This document shows positions 48,907 to 60,184 of a stretch of 64,000 nt of DNA, piece after piece. Each line of letters starts with the position of its first letter. Position 1 is the first letter of the stretch. The position numbers and the translations under genes are program-made. Source of the DNA: Escherichia coli (GTDB lineage: Bacteria; Pseudomonadota; Gammaproteobacteria; Enterobacterales; Enterobacteriaceae); assembly GCF_003334405.1 (NCBI RefSeq), contig NZ_QOWM01000001.1; one strand, given 5' to 3'. The notes below the pieces were generated by a model, which saw nothing but the letters and a program-made list of their open reading frames with translations, ran no database searches and had not been told where the DNA came from.

Positions 48907-49739
48907 TGTTTGCTGTCTCCTCCAGACGCGTGCTGCCGGGCTTTACCTTAAGCCTCGGCACCAGTCTGCTGTTTGTGTGCCTGATTTTGCTGCTGCCGCT
49001 CTCCGCGCTGGTGATGCAACTGGCCCAGATGAGCTGGGCGCAGTACTGGGAGGTGATCACCAACCCGCAGGTGGTCGCGGCCTACAAAGTAACGCTGCTG
49101 TCGGCGTTTGTGGCATCGATTTTTAACGGCGTTTTCGGTCTGCTGATGGCGTGGATCCTAACCCGCTATCGCTTCCCAGGCCGCACGCTGCTTGATGCGC
49201 TGATGGATTTACCCTTTGCGCTGCCAACGGCTGTCGCCGGTTTAACGCTGGCCTCGCTCTTTTCCGTAAACGGTTTTTACGGTGAATGGCTGGCGAAGTT
49301 TGATATCAAAGTCACCTATACATGGCTGGGGATTGCGGTGGCTATGGCCTTTACCAGCATTCCGTTTGTGGTGCGTACCGTGCAGCCGGTGCTGGAAGAG
49401 TTAGGCCCGGAATATGAAGAAGCGGCGGAAACGCTTGGTGCAACGCGCTGGCAGAGTTTCTGCAAAGTGGTGCTGCCGGAGCTTTCTCCGGCGCTGGTGG
49501 CGGGCGTGGCGCTGTCGTTTACCCGTAGTCTTGGTGAATTTGGCGCGGTGATTTTTATCGCCGGAAATATCGCGTGGAAGACGGAAGTGACGTCGCTGAT
49601 GATTTTTGTGCGCTTACAGGAGTTTGATTACCCGGCAGCGAGCGCGATTGCTTCGGTGATCCTCGCGGCATCTCTGCTGCTGCTGTTCTCAATTAACACT
49701 CTGCAAAGTCGCTTTGGTCGGCGTGTGGTAGGTCATTAA
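48906..49739 (+). CDS. cysU: Sulfate/thiosulfate ABC transporter permease CysU (CysT)
   Basis: 277-aa membrane ORF; start overlaps the cysP stop. Confidence 0.95.
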   Translation: MFAVSSRRVLPGFTLSLGTSLLFVCLILLLPLSALVMQLAQMSWAQYWEVITNPQVVAAYKVTLLSAFVASIFNGVFGLLMAWILTRYRFPGRTLLDALMDLPFALPTAVAGLTLASLFSVNGFYGEWLAKFDIKVTYTWLGIAVAMAFTSIPFVVRTVQPVLEELGPEYEEAAETLGATRWQSFCKVVLPELSPALVAGVALSFTRSLGEFGAVIFIAGNIAWKTEVTSLMIFVRLQEFDYPAASAIASVILAASLLLLFSINTLQSRFGRRVVGH

Positions 49740-50614
49740 TGGCGGAAGTTACCCAATTGAAGCGTTATGACGCGCGCCCGATTAACTGGGGCAAATGGTT
49801 TCTGATTGGCATCGGGATGCTGGTTTCGGCGTTCATCCTGCTGGTGCCGATGATTTACATCTTCGTGCAGGCATTCAGCAAGGGGCTGATGCCGGTTTTA
49901 CAGAATCTGGCCGATCCGGACATGCTGCACGCCATCTGGCTGACGGTGATGATCGCGCTGATTGCCGTACCGGTAAACCTGGTGTTCGGCATTCTGCTGG
50001 CCTGGCTGGTGACGCGCTTTAACTTCCCTGGACGCCAGTTACTGCTGACGCTACTGGACATTCCGTTTGCCGTATCGCCGGTGGTTGCCGGTCTGGTGTA
50101 TTTGCTGTTCTACGGCTCTAACGGCCCGCTCGGCGGTTGGCTCGACGAGCATAACCTGCAAATTATGTTCTCCTGGCCGGGAATGGTGCTGGTCACCATC
50201 TTCGTGACGTGTCCGTTTGTGGTGCGCGAACTGGTGCCGGTGATGTTAAGCCAGGGCAGCCAGGAAGACGAAGCGGCGATTTTGCTTGGCGCGTCCGGCT
50301 GGCAGATGTTCCGTCGCGTCACATTACCGAACATCCGCTGGGCGCTGCTTTATGGCGTGGTGTTGACCAACGCCCGCGCAATTGGCGAGTTTGGCGCGGT
50401 GTCGGTGGTTTCCGGCTCGATTCGCGGCGAAACCCTGTCGCTGCCGTTACAGATTGAATTGCTGGAGCAGGACTACAACACCGTCGGCTCCTTTACCGCT
50501 GCGGCGCTGTTAACGCTGATGGCGATTATCACCCTGTTTTTAAAAAGTATGTTGCAGTGGCGCCTGGAGAATCAGGAAAAACGCGCACAGCAGGAGGAAC
50601 ATCATGAGCATTGA
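49739..50614 (+). CDS. cysW: Sulfate/thiosulfate ABC transporter permease CysW
   Basis: 291-aa membrane ORF; start overlaps the cysU stop. Confidence 0.95.
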   Translation: MAEVTQLKRYDARPINWGKWFLIGIGMLVSAFILLVPMIYIFVQAFSKGLMPVLQNLADPDMLHAIWLTVMIALIAVPVNLVFGILLAWLVTRFNFPGRQLLLTLLDIPFAVSPVVAGLVYLLFYGSNGPLGGWLDEHNLQIMFSWPGMVLVTIFVTCPFVVRELVPVMLSQGSQEDEAAILLGASGWQMFRRVTLPNIRWALLYGVVLTNARAIGEFGAVSVVSGSIRGETLSLPLQIELLEQDYNTVGSFTAAALLTLMAIITLFLKSMLQWRLENQEKRAQQEEHHEH

Positions 50615-51701
50615 GATTGCCAATATTAAGAAGTCGTTTGGTCGCACCCAGGTGCTGAACGATATCTCACTGGATATTCCTTCAGGTCAGATGGTCGCGT
50701 TGCTGGGGCCGTCCGGTTCCGGGAAAACCACGCTGCTGCGCATTATCGCCGGGCTGGAGCATCAAACCAGCGGGCATATTCGCTTCCACGGCACCGACGT
50801 GAGCCGCCTGCACGCACGTGATCGTAAAGTCGGTTTCGTGTTCCAGCATTACGCGCTGTTCCGCCATATGACGGTGTTCGACAATATCGCTTTTGGCCTG
50901 ACGGTGCTGCCGCGTCGCGAGCGCCCGAATGCCGCAGCCATCAAAGCGAAAGTGACAAAATTGCTGGAAATGGTCCAGCTTGCCCATCTGGCGGATCGTT
51001 ATCCGGCGCAGCTTTCCGGCGGCCAGAAACAGCGCGTGGCGCTGGCGCGCGCGCTGGCTGTGGAACCGCAAATTCTGCTGCTTGATGAACCGTTTGGCGC
51101 GCTGGATGCGCAGGTGCGTAAAGAGCTGCGTCGCTGGCTGCGTCAACTCCATGAAGAACTAAAATTCACCAGCGTTTTTGTGACCCACGATCAGGAAGAA
51201 GCGACCGAAGTAGCTGATCGTGTAGTTGTGATGAGCCAGGGCAATATTGAACAGGCTGACGCGCCGGATCAGGTATGGCGCGAACCGGCGACCCGTTTTG
51301 TGCTCGAATTTATGGGCGAAGTGAACCGCCTGCAGGGAACCATTCGCGGCGGGCAGTTCCATGTTGGCGCGCATCGCTGGCCGCTGGGCTACACACCTGC
51401 GTATCAGGGGCCGGTGGATCTCTTCCTGCGCCCTTGGGAAGTGGATATCAGCCGCCGTACCAGCCTCGATTCGCCGCTGCCGGTACAGGTACTGGAAGTC
51501 AGCCCGAAAGGTCACTACACCCAATTAGTGGTGCAGCCGCTGGGGTGGTACAACGAACCGCTGACGGTCGTGATGCATGGCGACGATGCCCCGCAGCGTG
51601 GCGAGCGTTTATTCGTTGGTCTGCAACATGCGCGGCTGTATAACGGCGACGAGCGTATCGAAACCCGCGATGAGGAACTTGCTCTCGCACAAAGCGCCTG
51701 A
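50604..51701 (+). CDS. cysA: Sulfate/thiosulfate ABC transporter ATPase CysA
   Basis: 365-aa ORF with Walker A (GPSGSGKTT) and ABC signature (LSGGQKQR); overlaps cysW by 11 nt. Confidence 0.95.
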   Translation: MSIEIANIKKSFGRTQVLNDISLDIPSGQMVALLGPSGSGKTTLLRIIAGLEHQTSGHIRFHGTDVSRLHARDRKVGFVFQHYALFRHMTVFDNIAFGLTVLPRRERPNAAAIKAKVTKLLEMVQLAHLADRYPAQLSGGQKQRVALARALAVEPQILLLDEPFGALDAQVRKELRRWLRQLHEELKFTSVFVTHDQEEATEVADRVVVMSQGNIEQADAPDQVWREPATRFVLEFMGEVNRLQGTIRGGQFHVGAHRWPLGYTPAYQGPVDLFLRPWEVDISRRTSLDSPLPVQVLEVSPKGHYTQLVVQPLGWYNEPLTVVMHGDDAPQRGERLFVGLQHARLYNGDERIETRDEELALAQSA

Positions 51702-51722
51702 TAGGTTGAGTGAATGTTAAAC

Positions 51723-51756
51723 GCCCGGAGGCGCTTCCCGCGATCCGGGCTTTTTA
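51723..51756 (+). terminator. Putative terminator/attenuator hairpin after cysA
   Basis: Stem gcccgga/tccgggc followed by ttttt, 22 nt after the cysA stop. Confidence 0.5.
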
Positions 51757-51775
51757 ATGGCAAGGTTTGTAACCT

Positions 51776-51814
51776 GTAGACCTGATAAGACGCGCAAGCG
51801 TCGCATCAGGCAAC
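51776..51814. repeat. REP element
   Basis: gtagacctgataagacgcgcaagcgtcgcatcaggcaac between cysA and cysM. Confidence 0.6.
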
Positions 51815-51834
51815 ACCACGTATGGATAGAGATC

Positions 51835-52746
51835 GTGAGTACATTAGAACAAACAATAGGCAATACGCCTCTGGTGAAGTTGCAGCGAATGGGGCCGGAT
51901 AACGGCAGTGAAGTGTGGTTAAAACTGGAAGGCAATAACCCGGCAGGTTCGGTGAAAGATCGTGCGGCACTTTCGATGATCGTCGAGGCGGAAAAGCGCG
52001 GGGAAATTAAACCGGGTGATGTCTTAATCGAAGCCACCAGTGGTAACACCGGCATTGCGCTGGCAATGATTGCCGCGCTGAAAGGCTATCGCATGAAATT
52101 GCTGATGCCCGACAACATGAGCCAGGAACGCCGTGCGGCGATGCGTGCTTATGGTGCGGAACTGATTCTTGTCACCAAAGAGCAGGGCATGGAAGGTGCG
52201 CGCGATCTGGCGCTGGAGATGGCGAATCGTGGCGAAGGAAAGCTGCTCGATCAGTTCAATAATCCCGATAACCCTTATGCGCATTACACCACCACTGGGC
52301 CGGAAATCTGGCAGCAAACCGGCGGGCGCATCACTCATTTTGTCTCCAGCATGGGGACGACCGGCACTATCACCGGCGTCTCACGCTTTATGCGCGAACA
52401 ATCCAAACCGGTGACCATTGTCGGCCTGCAACCGGAAGAGGGCAGCAGCATTCCCGGCATTCGCCGCTGGCCTACGGAATATCTGCCGGGGATTTTCAAC
52501 GCTTCTCTGGTGGATGAGGTGCTGGATATTCATCAGCGCGATGCGGAAAACACCATGCGCGAACTGGCGGTGCGGGAAGGAATATTCTGTGGCGTCAGCT
52601 CCGGCGGCGCGGTTGCCGGAGCACTGCGGGTGGCAAAAGCTAACCCTGACGCGGTGGTGGTGGCGATCATCTGCGATCGTGGCGATCGCTACCTTTCTAC
52701 CGGGGTGTTTGGGGAAGAGCATTTTAGCCAGGGGGCGGGGATTTAA
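51835..52746 (+). CDS. cysM: Cysteine synthase B
   Basis: 303-aa PLP-enzyme product (M)STLEQTIGNTPLVKLQRMGPDNGSEVW...; start set at the GTG. Confidence 0.9.
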   Translation: MSTLEQTIGNTPLVKLQRMGPDNGSEVWLKLEGNNPAGSVKDRAALSMIVEAEKRGEIKPGDVLIEATSGNTGIALAMIAALKGYRMKLLMPDNMSQERRAAMRAYGAELILVTKEQGMEGARDLALEMANRGEGKLLDQFNNPDNPYAHYTTTGPEIWQQTGGRITHFVSSMGTTGTITGVSRFMREQSKPVTIVGLQPEEGSSIPGIRRWPTEYLPGIFNASLVDEVLDIHQRDAENTMRELAVREGIFCGVSSGGAVAGALRVAKANPDAVVVAIICDRGDRYLSTGVFGEEHFSQGAGI

Positions 52747-52785
52747 GGATTAATAGCATCGGAGACTGATGACAAACGCAAAACT

Positions 52786-52884
<99 letters not shown>

Positions 52885-52934
52885 TAAACAAAGCGCACTT
52901 TTTTAACAGTTGTTGCTGCCGACAAATGCAGTAT

Positions 52935-53669
52935 TTAATTTTCGTGAGGAAACGCCGTAAGGTCATCAATCATTTTTTGAAGTATTGGTGAGTCCTGACC
53001 GTCACCCCATTGAAGAATTTTTGCGGTAAGCTGATGACGCGCTAGTGCATTGAGTCCCATCTTTTTAAGTTTATGGGAGATTTTACCCATGACTTTAATC
53101 TGACCGAATGCAGTTGCGTAGGTAATCATATTGCTCTGGATAGTGCTCATTTCATCGACTAGTAATTGCGCACGAACATCCTCTTCAAGAATACTGTCCA
53201 TAGCGATGTATTTCATACCCCACATAGTTTCAATTAACATTTGAGGGAAATCAGCACAGTCCAGATCCGGCTCTTTACGGAGGCTATTTTCAAGAACGTT
53301 TAGAGCATCAGCACCTTCATCGCTGCCAAAAGGAGATTCTTCATCCCAGCAACACATATAAAGTGGATCAGTAAAATGGCACTGGAAGTTTGGGTGTGAC
53401 GTTTTAACATGTAACCCAATTTCTTCATCATCAAAATAGTAGCGATCCATGAAGTTAAACTTTGGATCTTCTTGATAGCCTTTCTTCATTTTTGCGGCAA
53501 TCAATTTACTGGCTTCTTTCAGACACTGTTCTTCATTATCGAACTCTTTTGTCTGGAATTTACCAATACTACCTACCTTGCCATAGTTGACAGCTAAACT
53601 ATCCCCTTCGTAATCTATCCACCAAAATTTATTCGATTTTTCATCGTGATAAATAAAGCGTTTTTTCAT
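52935..53669 (-). CDS. yfeS: WGR-domain protein YfeS
   Basis: 244-aa product MKKRFIYHDEKSNKFWWIDYEGDSLAVNYGKVGSIGKFQTK... (WGR-like N-terminus); AT-rich codon usage. Confidence 0.8.
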   Translation of the reverse strand: MKKRFIYHDEKSNKFWWIDYEGDSLAVNYGKVGSIGKFQTKEFDNEEQCLKEASKLIAAKMKKGYQEDPKFNFMDRYYFDDEEIGLHVKTSHPNFQCHFTDPLYMCCWDEESPFGSDEGADALNVLENSLRKEPDLDCADFPQMLIETMWGMKYIAMDSILEEDVRAQLLVDEMSTIQSNMITYATAFGQIKVMGKISHKLKKMGLNALARHQLTAKILQWGDGQDSPILQKMIDDLTAFPHEN

Positions 53670-53701
53670 GTTACCTCCTGTAAATGCCTTCCCAAAGCGG
53701 A

Positions 53702-54076
53702 TTAATTTCCTTCCGCAGGCACCGTTTTATCCGTCTGCGCAATTAACGCATGTAAAAAAGGCTGTGCGTTCTCATCGCTCTTACCGGGGATCTTCACAAT
53801 ATACGGCTTCCCAGTAATCGATGACGACGAAGCAACCTTATCAATAAACTGCTCGGCAGTGTCAATGCGGTTACGGGTATTGCCGAGCTTCAGACGCAGA
53901 TGAGAAACCGCTTCATAGCAGGTATGTTCATCACCGTTGCGCACAAATATCAAATCCTTTTTCTGTGCTAATCCCTCCAGCATGGCGTTGATGCGGGCTT
54001 CTTCATGGGCAGTTAACTTCGCGTAAACGGGGAGTGTCATTAGTAGTGTAATGACCAGACAAATGATTTTCTTCAT
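53702..54076 (-). CDS. yfeK: Secreted protein YfeK
   Basis: 124-aa ORF with an N-terminal signal peptide ([19 protein letters not shown]). Confidence 0.8.
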
Positions 54077-54101
54077 TGAATTACCTTATCCTTGTTTTGT
54101 G

Positions 54102-54144
<43 letters not shown>

Positions 54145-54180
54145 TTACGATGAGGATCATCGGCAAGGAGAAAAAATTAA

Positions 54181-55032
54181 ATGAGTAGTTTGTTGTTGTT
54201 TAACGATAAGAGTAGGGCACTGCAGGCGGATATCGTCGCCGTGCAGTCGCAGGTGGTTTACGGCAGCGTGGGCAACAGCATTGCCGTGCCTGCTATCAAA
54301 CAGAACGGCCTGAATGTCTTTGCCGTGCCGACGGTATTGCTGAGCAATACGCCGCATTATGACACTTTCTACGGTGGTGCGATTCCGGACGAATGGTTTA
54401 GCGGCTATTTGCGTGCGCTTCAGGAGCGTGATGCGCTGCGCCAACTTCGTGCTGTAACCACGGGCTATATGGGAACGGCATCGCAAATCAAAATCCTTGC
54501 CGAGTGGCTGACTGCGCTACGCAAAGACCATCCTGACCTATTGATCATGGTCGATCCGGTGATTGGCGATATTGATAGCGGAATTTATGTCAAACCTGAC
54601 CTTCCCGAAGCGTATCGACAATATTTACTGCCGCTGGCGCAGGGAATTACCCCCAATATCTTTGAGTTGGAAATCCTGACCGGTAAAAATTGCCGCGATC
54701 TCGACAGTGCCATTGCTGCCGCAAAAAGTCTGCTTTCAGACACATTAAAATGGGTGGTGGTTACCAGCGCCTCCGGTAATGAAGAAAATCAGGAGATGCA
54801 GGTTGTGGTGGTCACTGCCGACAGCGTGAATGTCATTTCCCATTCACGGGTAAAAACCGACCTGAAAGGGACTGGCGACCTGTTTTGTGCTCAGCTCATC
54901 AGTGGCTTGCTGAAAGGGAAGGCGTTAACCGATGCAGTGCACCGAGCGGGGTTGCGCGTACTGGAAGTGATGCGCTACACCCAGCAGCATGAGAGCGATG
55001 AATTGATTTTGCCGCCGCTGGCGGAAGCATAA
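54181..55032 (+). CDS. pdxK: Pyridoxal/pyridoxine/pyridoxamine kinase
   Basis: 283-aa ribokinase-family ORF. Confidence 0.9.
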   Translation: MSSLLLFNDKSRALQADIVAVQSQVVYGSVGNSIAVPAIKQNGLNVFAVPTVLLSNTPHYDTFYGGAIPDEWFSGYLRALQERDALRQLRAVTTGYMGTASQIKILAEWLTALRKDHPDLLIMVDPVIGDIDSGIYVKPDLPEAYRQYLLPLAQGITPNIFELEILTGKNCRDLDSAIAAAKSLLSDTLKWVVVTSASGNEENQEMQVVVVTADSVNVISHSRVKTDLKGTGDLFCAQLISGLLKGKALTDAVHRAGLRVLEVMRYTQQHESDELILPPLAEA

Positions 55033-55062
55033 AAAAATGGCGCCGATGGGCGCCATTTTTCA
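55031..55062. terminator. Bidirectional rho-independent terminator (pdxK and crr)
   Basis: aaaaaaatggcgcc-gatg-ggcgccattttt: perfect GC stem flanked by an A-run and a T-run between the convergent genes. Confidence 0.7.
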
Positions 55063-55074
55063 CTGCGGCAAGAA

Positions 55075-55584
55075 TTACTTCTTGATGCGGATAACCGGGG
55101 TTTCACCCACGGTTACGCTACCGGACAGTTTGATCAGTTCTTTGATTTCGTCCATGTTGGAGATAACAACCGGAGTCAGGGTAGACTTGGCTTTCTCTTC
55201 CAGCAGCGGCAGATCAAATTCAATGACAGTATCGCCAACTTTCACGCGCTGACCTTCTTCAGCAATACGCTTGAAGCCTTCGCCTTTCAGTTCAACGGTG
55301 TCGATACCGAAGTGGACGAACAGTTCAACGCCGCTATCAGATTCGATAGAGAATGCGTGGTTGGTTTCAAAGATTTTACCAATGGTGCCGTCTACTGGCG
55401 CGACCATTTTGTTACCCGTTGGTTTGATAGCAATACCATCACCAACGATTTTTTCCGCAAAAACGACATCCGGCACGTCTTCGATATTGACGATCTCGCC
55501 AGAGAGCGGAGCAATGATCTCAATAGTTCCGGTATCCTTCTTGTCGTCGGAAACCAGAGATTTCAGTTTATCGAACAAACCCAT
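55075..55584 (-). CDS. crr: PTS glucose-specific EIIA component
   Basis: 169-aa product [39 protein letters not shown]... Confidence 0.97.
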
Positions 55585-55624
55585 GATCTTCTCCTAAGCA
55601 GTAAATTGGGCCGCATCTCGTGGA

Positions 55625-57352
55625 TTAGCAGATTGTTTTTTCTTCAATGAACTTGTTAACCAGCGTCATTAACTCGTCCGTTGTCGGTTGAGCAAGAGCC
55701 TGCTCTGCTAACACCTTCGCATCTTCGAAGTTCGTGTTACGGATAATCTTCTTAATGCGCGGGATAGAAATGGCGCTCATAGAGAATTCGTCCAGACCCA
55801 TCCCCAGCAACAGAAGTGTAGCACGTTCATCGCCAGCAAGCTCACCACACATGCCAGTCCATTTGCCTTCAGCATGAGAAGCATCAATAACTTGCTTGAT
55901 CAAGTTCAGCACGGACGGTGACATTGGCTGGTAAAGGTGTGAAATCATATCATTACCACGGTCAACTGCCAGAGTGTACTGCGTTAAATCATTGGTGCCG
56001 ATACTAAAGAAATCAACTTCTTTGGCTAAATGACGTGCAATTGTTGCGGCAGCCGGTGTTTCCACCATTACGCCGATTTCAATTGACTCGTCAAACGCTT
56101 TACCTTCGTCGCGCAGTTCCTGTTTGTAGATTTCGATCTCTTTGCGCAGTGCACGCACTTCTTCAACAGAGATGATCATCGGGAACATAATGCGCAATTT
56201 ACCGAAAGCCGAGGCACGCAGGATAGCGCGGAGCTGATCGCGCAGGATCTCTCTACGATCCATCGCGATACGGATAGCGCGCCAGCCGAGGAACGGGTTC
56301 TCTTCTTTCGGGAAGTTCATGTATGGCAGCTCTTTGTCGCCGCCGATGTCCATGGTACGAACGATAACCGCTTGCGAGCCACACGCTTCAGCCACTGCTT
56401 TGTAAGCAGCAAACTGTTCTTCTTCAGTGGGCAGTGCGTCGCGGTCCATGAACAGGAACTCAGTACGATACAGACCAACGCCTTCAGCGCCGTTACGCTC
56501 TGCACCTTCAACGTCACGAACCGTACCAATGTTAGCGCATACTTCTACCTGGTGACCGTCCAGCGTAATAGCTGGCAGATCTTTCAGTTTAGCAAGCTCT
56601 GCTTTTTCAGAAGCCACTTGCTCCTGAACAGCGCGCATTTTATCAATAACTTCGTTGGTTGGATTGACGTAAACCTGATTATTTACGGCATCCAGAATCA
56701 GATAGTCGTCATTTTTCACCTGAGAGGTGACGCTACCGGTACCCACGATAGCAGGTAGTTCCAGAGAACGCGCCATGATAGAGGTGTGGGAAGTACGGCC
56801 ACCCGCGTCGGTGATGAAACCCAGCACCTTCTTCAGGTTCAGCTGTGCGGTTTCGGACGGCGTCAGGTCAGCGGCAACCAGAATGACTTCATCCTGAATG
56901 GCGCTCAGGTCGATAATCTTCAGGCCCAGGATGTTGCGCAGCAGGCGCTTACCGATATCACGTACGTCAGCCGCACGTTCTTTCAGGTATTCATCATCCA
57001 GCTCTTCCAGGGCAGAAGCCTGACCTTCGATAACTTCATGAGCAGCTGCGTCAGCTGTCATGTGCTTATCTTTAATCAGGGCTATGATTTCCTGCTCCAG
57101 CTCCTCATCTTCGAGCAGCATAATATGCCCTTCAAAGATGGCTTCTTTTTCTTCACCGAACGTTTCACCAGCTTTCGTTTTGATCGTTTCCAGCTGGGCT
57201 GATGCCTTGGCACGACCGCTCAGAAAACGTTCAACTTCCTGATCAACCTGGTCGGCAGAAATTTTTTTCCGGTCAATGACAATTTCGTCTTCTTTCAGAA
57301 GCAGAGCTTTACCGAAAGCGATACCCGGGGATGCTAAAATGCCTGAAATCAT
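55625..57352 (-). CDS. ptsI: PTS Enzyme I
   Basis: 575-aa product [29 protein letters not shown]... Confidence 0.97.
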   Translation of the reverse strand: MISGILASPGIAFGKALLLKEDEIVIDRKKISADQVDQEVERFLSGRAKASAQLETIKTKAGETFGEEKEAIFEGHIMLLEDEELEQEIIALIKDKHMTADAAAHEVIEGQASALEELDDEYLKERAADVRDIGKRLLRNILGLKIIDLSAIQDEVILVAADLTPSETAQLNLKKVLGFITDAGGRTSHTSIMARSLELPAIVGTGSVTSQVKNDDYLILDAVNNQVYVNPTNEVIDKMRAVQEQVASEKAELAKLKDLPAITLDGHQVEVCANIGTVRDVEGAERNGAEGVGLYRTEFLFMDRDALPTEEEQFAAYKAVAEACGSQAVIVRTMDIGGDKELPYMNFPKEENPFLGWRAIRIAMDRREILRDQLRAILRASAFGKLRIMFPMIISVEEVRALRKEIEIYKQELRDEGKAFDESIEIGVMVETPAAATIARHLAKEVDFFSIGTNDLTQYTLAVDRGNDMISHLYQPMSPSVLNLIKQVIDASHAEGKWTGMCGELAGDERATLLLLGMGLDEFSMSAISIPRIKKIIRNTNFEDAKVLAEQALAQPTTDELMTLVNKFIEEKTIC

Positions 57353-57396
57353 AACCCTACCTTACTTGTGACTGATTTTTAAAAGAACCCGGGAAA

Positions 57397-57654
57397 TTAC
57401 TCGAGTTCCGCCATCAGTTTAACCAGATGTTCAACCGCTTTCTGCTCGTCTTCGCCTTCTGCGGAGATAGTCACAACGGTACCTTGAGTCAGGCCCAGAG
57501 TCTGCAGTTTAAACAGGCTTTTCGCGCTGGCGCTTTTGCCGTTGGAAGTCACAGTAATTTCAGAAGTGAAGCCCTTAGCTTCTTTTACAAACTGGGCAGC
57601 AGGGCGGGTGTGCAGACCGTTCGGAGCGGTAATGGTAACTTCTTGCTGGAACAT
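57397..57654 (-). CDS. ptsH: PTS phosphocarrier protein HPr
   Basis: 85-aa product [29 protein letters not shown]... with the active-site His15 context. Confidence 0.97.
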
Positions 57655-57894
57655 TGTATTTCCCCAACTTATAGGTTTAGTGTTGTGGAACTAAAGTCTA
57701 GCCTGGCGGTTCGACTTTAGCCTGTATTGTTAGCGCCAGTTTTTAACAGACGCGACGCACGAAGAGCGCAATACAGTCCATTGCTGGCGGGTGTTGACCG
57801 CTGACGTTTCGTACGTCATTAAACATTATGCCGCTAAAGGAAGAATTGAACCAAATCATAAAATCGATTCAGCTTTGGCTTTTCCTGTAACGAT

Positions 57895-57916
57895 TAATTT
57901 CGCGCATCAAAATAAT
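57895..57916. promoter_or_regulatory. Candidate Mlc/NagC-type operator in the ptsH promoter region
   Basis: ttaatttcgcgcatcaaaataa: AT-rich arms with dyad symmetry around a central GC core, about 240-260 bp upstream of the ptsH start. Confidence 0.35.
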
Positions 57917-57986
57917 TAGTCTGGTTAAATACCAGTTCCGACAGGCTGAATCAATGCCAGGAGGGGCGAAAGTTTGAAGCAGGCCA

Positions 57987-58016
57987 CAAAAAAGCACCTA
58001 AAAAGGTGCTTTTTTA
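57987..58016. terminator. Rho-independent terminator of cysK (bidirectional-looking)
   Basis: aaaaaagcacc-taaaaa-ggtgctttttt immediately 3' of the cysK stop on the minus strand. Confidence 0.6.
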
Positions 58017-58037
58017 CGCATTTTTAACAAGCTGGCA

Positions 58038-59009
58038 TTACTGTTGCAATTCTTTCTCAGTGAAGAGATCGGCAAACAATGCGGTGCTTAAATAACGCTC
58101 ACCCGATGATGGTAGAATAACCACAATATTCTTGTTGGTAAAGCTTTCATCTTCTTGTAGTTTCAACGCCGCGGCAACAGCTGCTCCAGAAGAGATACCT
58201 GCAAGAATACCTTCTTCTTCCATCAGACGACGCGCGGTAGAAATCGCTTCTTCATTGGTGATGCCAATGACTTTATCGACCAGCTTGAGATCGAGGTTAG
58301 CCGGGATAAAACCAGCGCCAATACCCTGAATTTTATGCGGGCCAGGTTTAATCTCTTCACCTGCCAGCGCCTGGGCGATAACTGGAGAATCGGTTGGCTC
58401 AACGGCGACAGAGATAAGATCGGTCTTGCCTTTGGTGCCTTTAATGTAGCGGCTGACGCCAGTCAGCGTACCGCCAGTCCCAACGCCAGCAATAAATACA
58501 TCAACCTGACCGTCGGTATCTTCCCATATCTCCGGACCGGTGGTCTTTTCGTGAATTTCAGGGTTTGCCGGATTGCTGAATTGTTGCAGCAGCAGGTATT
58601 TCTCTGGATTGCTGGCGACAATTTCTTCTGCTTTTTGGATTGCGCCTTTCATGCCTTTAGCACCTTCCGTCAGCACCAGGTTTGCACCTAACGCTTTCAG
58701 CAGCTTGCGGCGTTCAATACTCATGGTTTCTGGCATGGTCAGGGTGAGTTTGTAACCGCGAGCGGCAGCTACATAGGCCAGTGCAATCCCGGTATTACCG
58801 CTGGTCGGTTCAACCAGTTCAACGCCTGGTTTCAGCACGCCGCGCTTTTCGGCATCCCAAATCATGTTGGCACCGATACGGCACTTAACGCTGAAGCTGG
58901 GGTTACGAGATTCCACCTTCGCCAGAATGCGTCCGTTACCGATGCGATTCAGGCGAACCAGCGGCGTGTGACCGATAGTCAGCGAGTTATCTTCAAAAAT
59001 CTTACTCAT
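58038..59009 (-). CDS. cysK: Cysteine synthase A (O-acetylserine sulfhydrylase A)
   Basis: 323-aa product [42 protein letters not shown]... Confidence 0.97.
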   Translation of the reverse strand: MSKIFEDNSLTIGHTPLVRLNRIGNGRILAKVESRNPSFSVKCRIGANMIWDAEKRGVLKPGVELVEPTSGNTGIALAYVAAARGYKLTLTMPETMSIERRKLLKALGANLVLTEGAKGMKGAIQKAEEIVASNPEKYLLLQQFSNPANPEIHEKTTGPEIWEDTDGQVDVFIAGVGTGGTLTGVSRYIKGTKGKTDLISVAVEPTDSPVIAQALAGEEIKPGPHKIQGIGAGFIPANLDLKLVDKVIGITNEEAISTARRLMEEEGILAGISSGAAVAAALKLQEDESFTNKNIVVILPSSGERYLSTALFADLFTEKELQQ

Positions 59010-59193
59010 GGCCTGTCCTTAACTGTATGAAATTGGGATACAACAGGTAGCATACCCGCTCAGAGAATATGCGGAAGTAAGGATTTAGCATATCTATATA
59101 CAGAAGGGAAATAATGACATGCAAGATGGAATAAGGGGCGGCATAAGCCACCCCTGTTTCACACAAACGGTTTACAAAATAACCGGTAGATTG

Positions 59194-59955
59194 TTACCGC
59201 CACATCGCGTGTTTATCGCGATAGCAATCGACCCACATCGCCGTCGCGCCACAAACGGCAACGGGCATGATGAACAGATTAAGCAGCGGGATCATCGTAA
59301 ACAGGCTGGTTAAAGCACCAAACTGCATATTGGTGATTTTGCGTGTGCGCAGGGCGGTGCGCATCTCTTTAAACGGCACTTTGTGGTTATCGAAGGGGTA
59401 ATCGCAATACTGGATGGCTAACATCCAGGCGCTAAACAGGAACCACAGTACCGGCGCGACGGTTTGCCCAATACCAGGGATGAAGTAAAGAATTAGTAAT
59501 ACAATTGCGCGCGGCAGATACCAGGCAAATTTTTGCCATTCGCGTTTCATGATTCGCGGCACATCTTTCATGATACCGAAAATCCCGGTATCTGGCGGTG
59601 TAGCGCCAGTCAATCGTGCTTCCAGTTGTTCAGCCAATAAACCGTTAAACGGAGCGGCAATCCAGTTAGCAATCGTGGAGAAGAAATAGCCAAACACTAA
59701 CAGCACAGAGATGACAGCCAGAGGCCACAACAGATAACTCAGCCATTGTAGCCAGTCCGGAACGTAACTCATGAGAGTCGGGATCCAGACATCGAGCTGT
59801 GTAAAGAGCCACCAGAATGCGCCCCCCATCAACAAAATATTGACCAGCAGCGGTAAAATAACGAAACGCCGAATCCCAGGTTGCGAGACGAGCTTCCAGC
59901 CTTGCGCAAAATAGTAAAAACCGCTGCGTGGGGCAGATGTGAATGATGAAACCAT
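59194..59955 (-). CDS. cysZ: Sulfate transporter CysZ
   Basis: 253-aa polytopic membrane ORF. Confidence 0.9.
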
Positions 59956-60184
59956 AATCAGGATGAGCTCCTTTTGACCAATCCCAGGAAAATTCTGCGT
60001 ATTTTACCGGGTAATTGCGCAATGGACAGTTAGGATATGTTCGAAAAAACAGCAAAAAGCACGATTTCATCTATCTTTGTGCTGTGAAAGTTAATAGTGC
60101 ACTTGCACTTGAGGTAATCGGCAAATACTCTTAGTGAGTAAATGTTTGCCGTGGTGGCAAGGTGTTAGAACAACAGAGAATATA

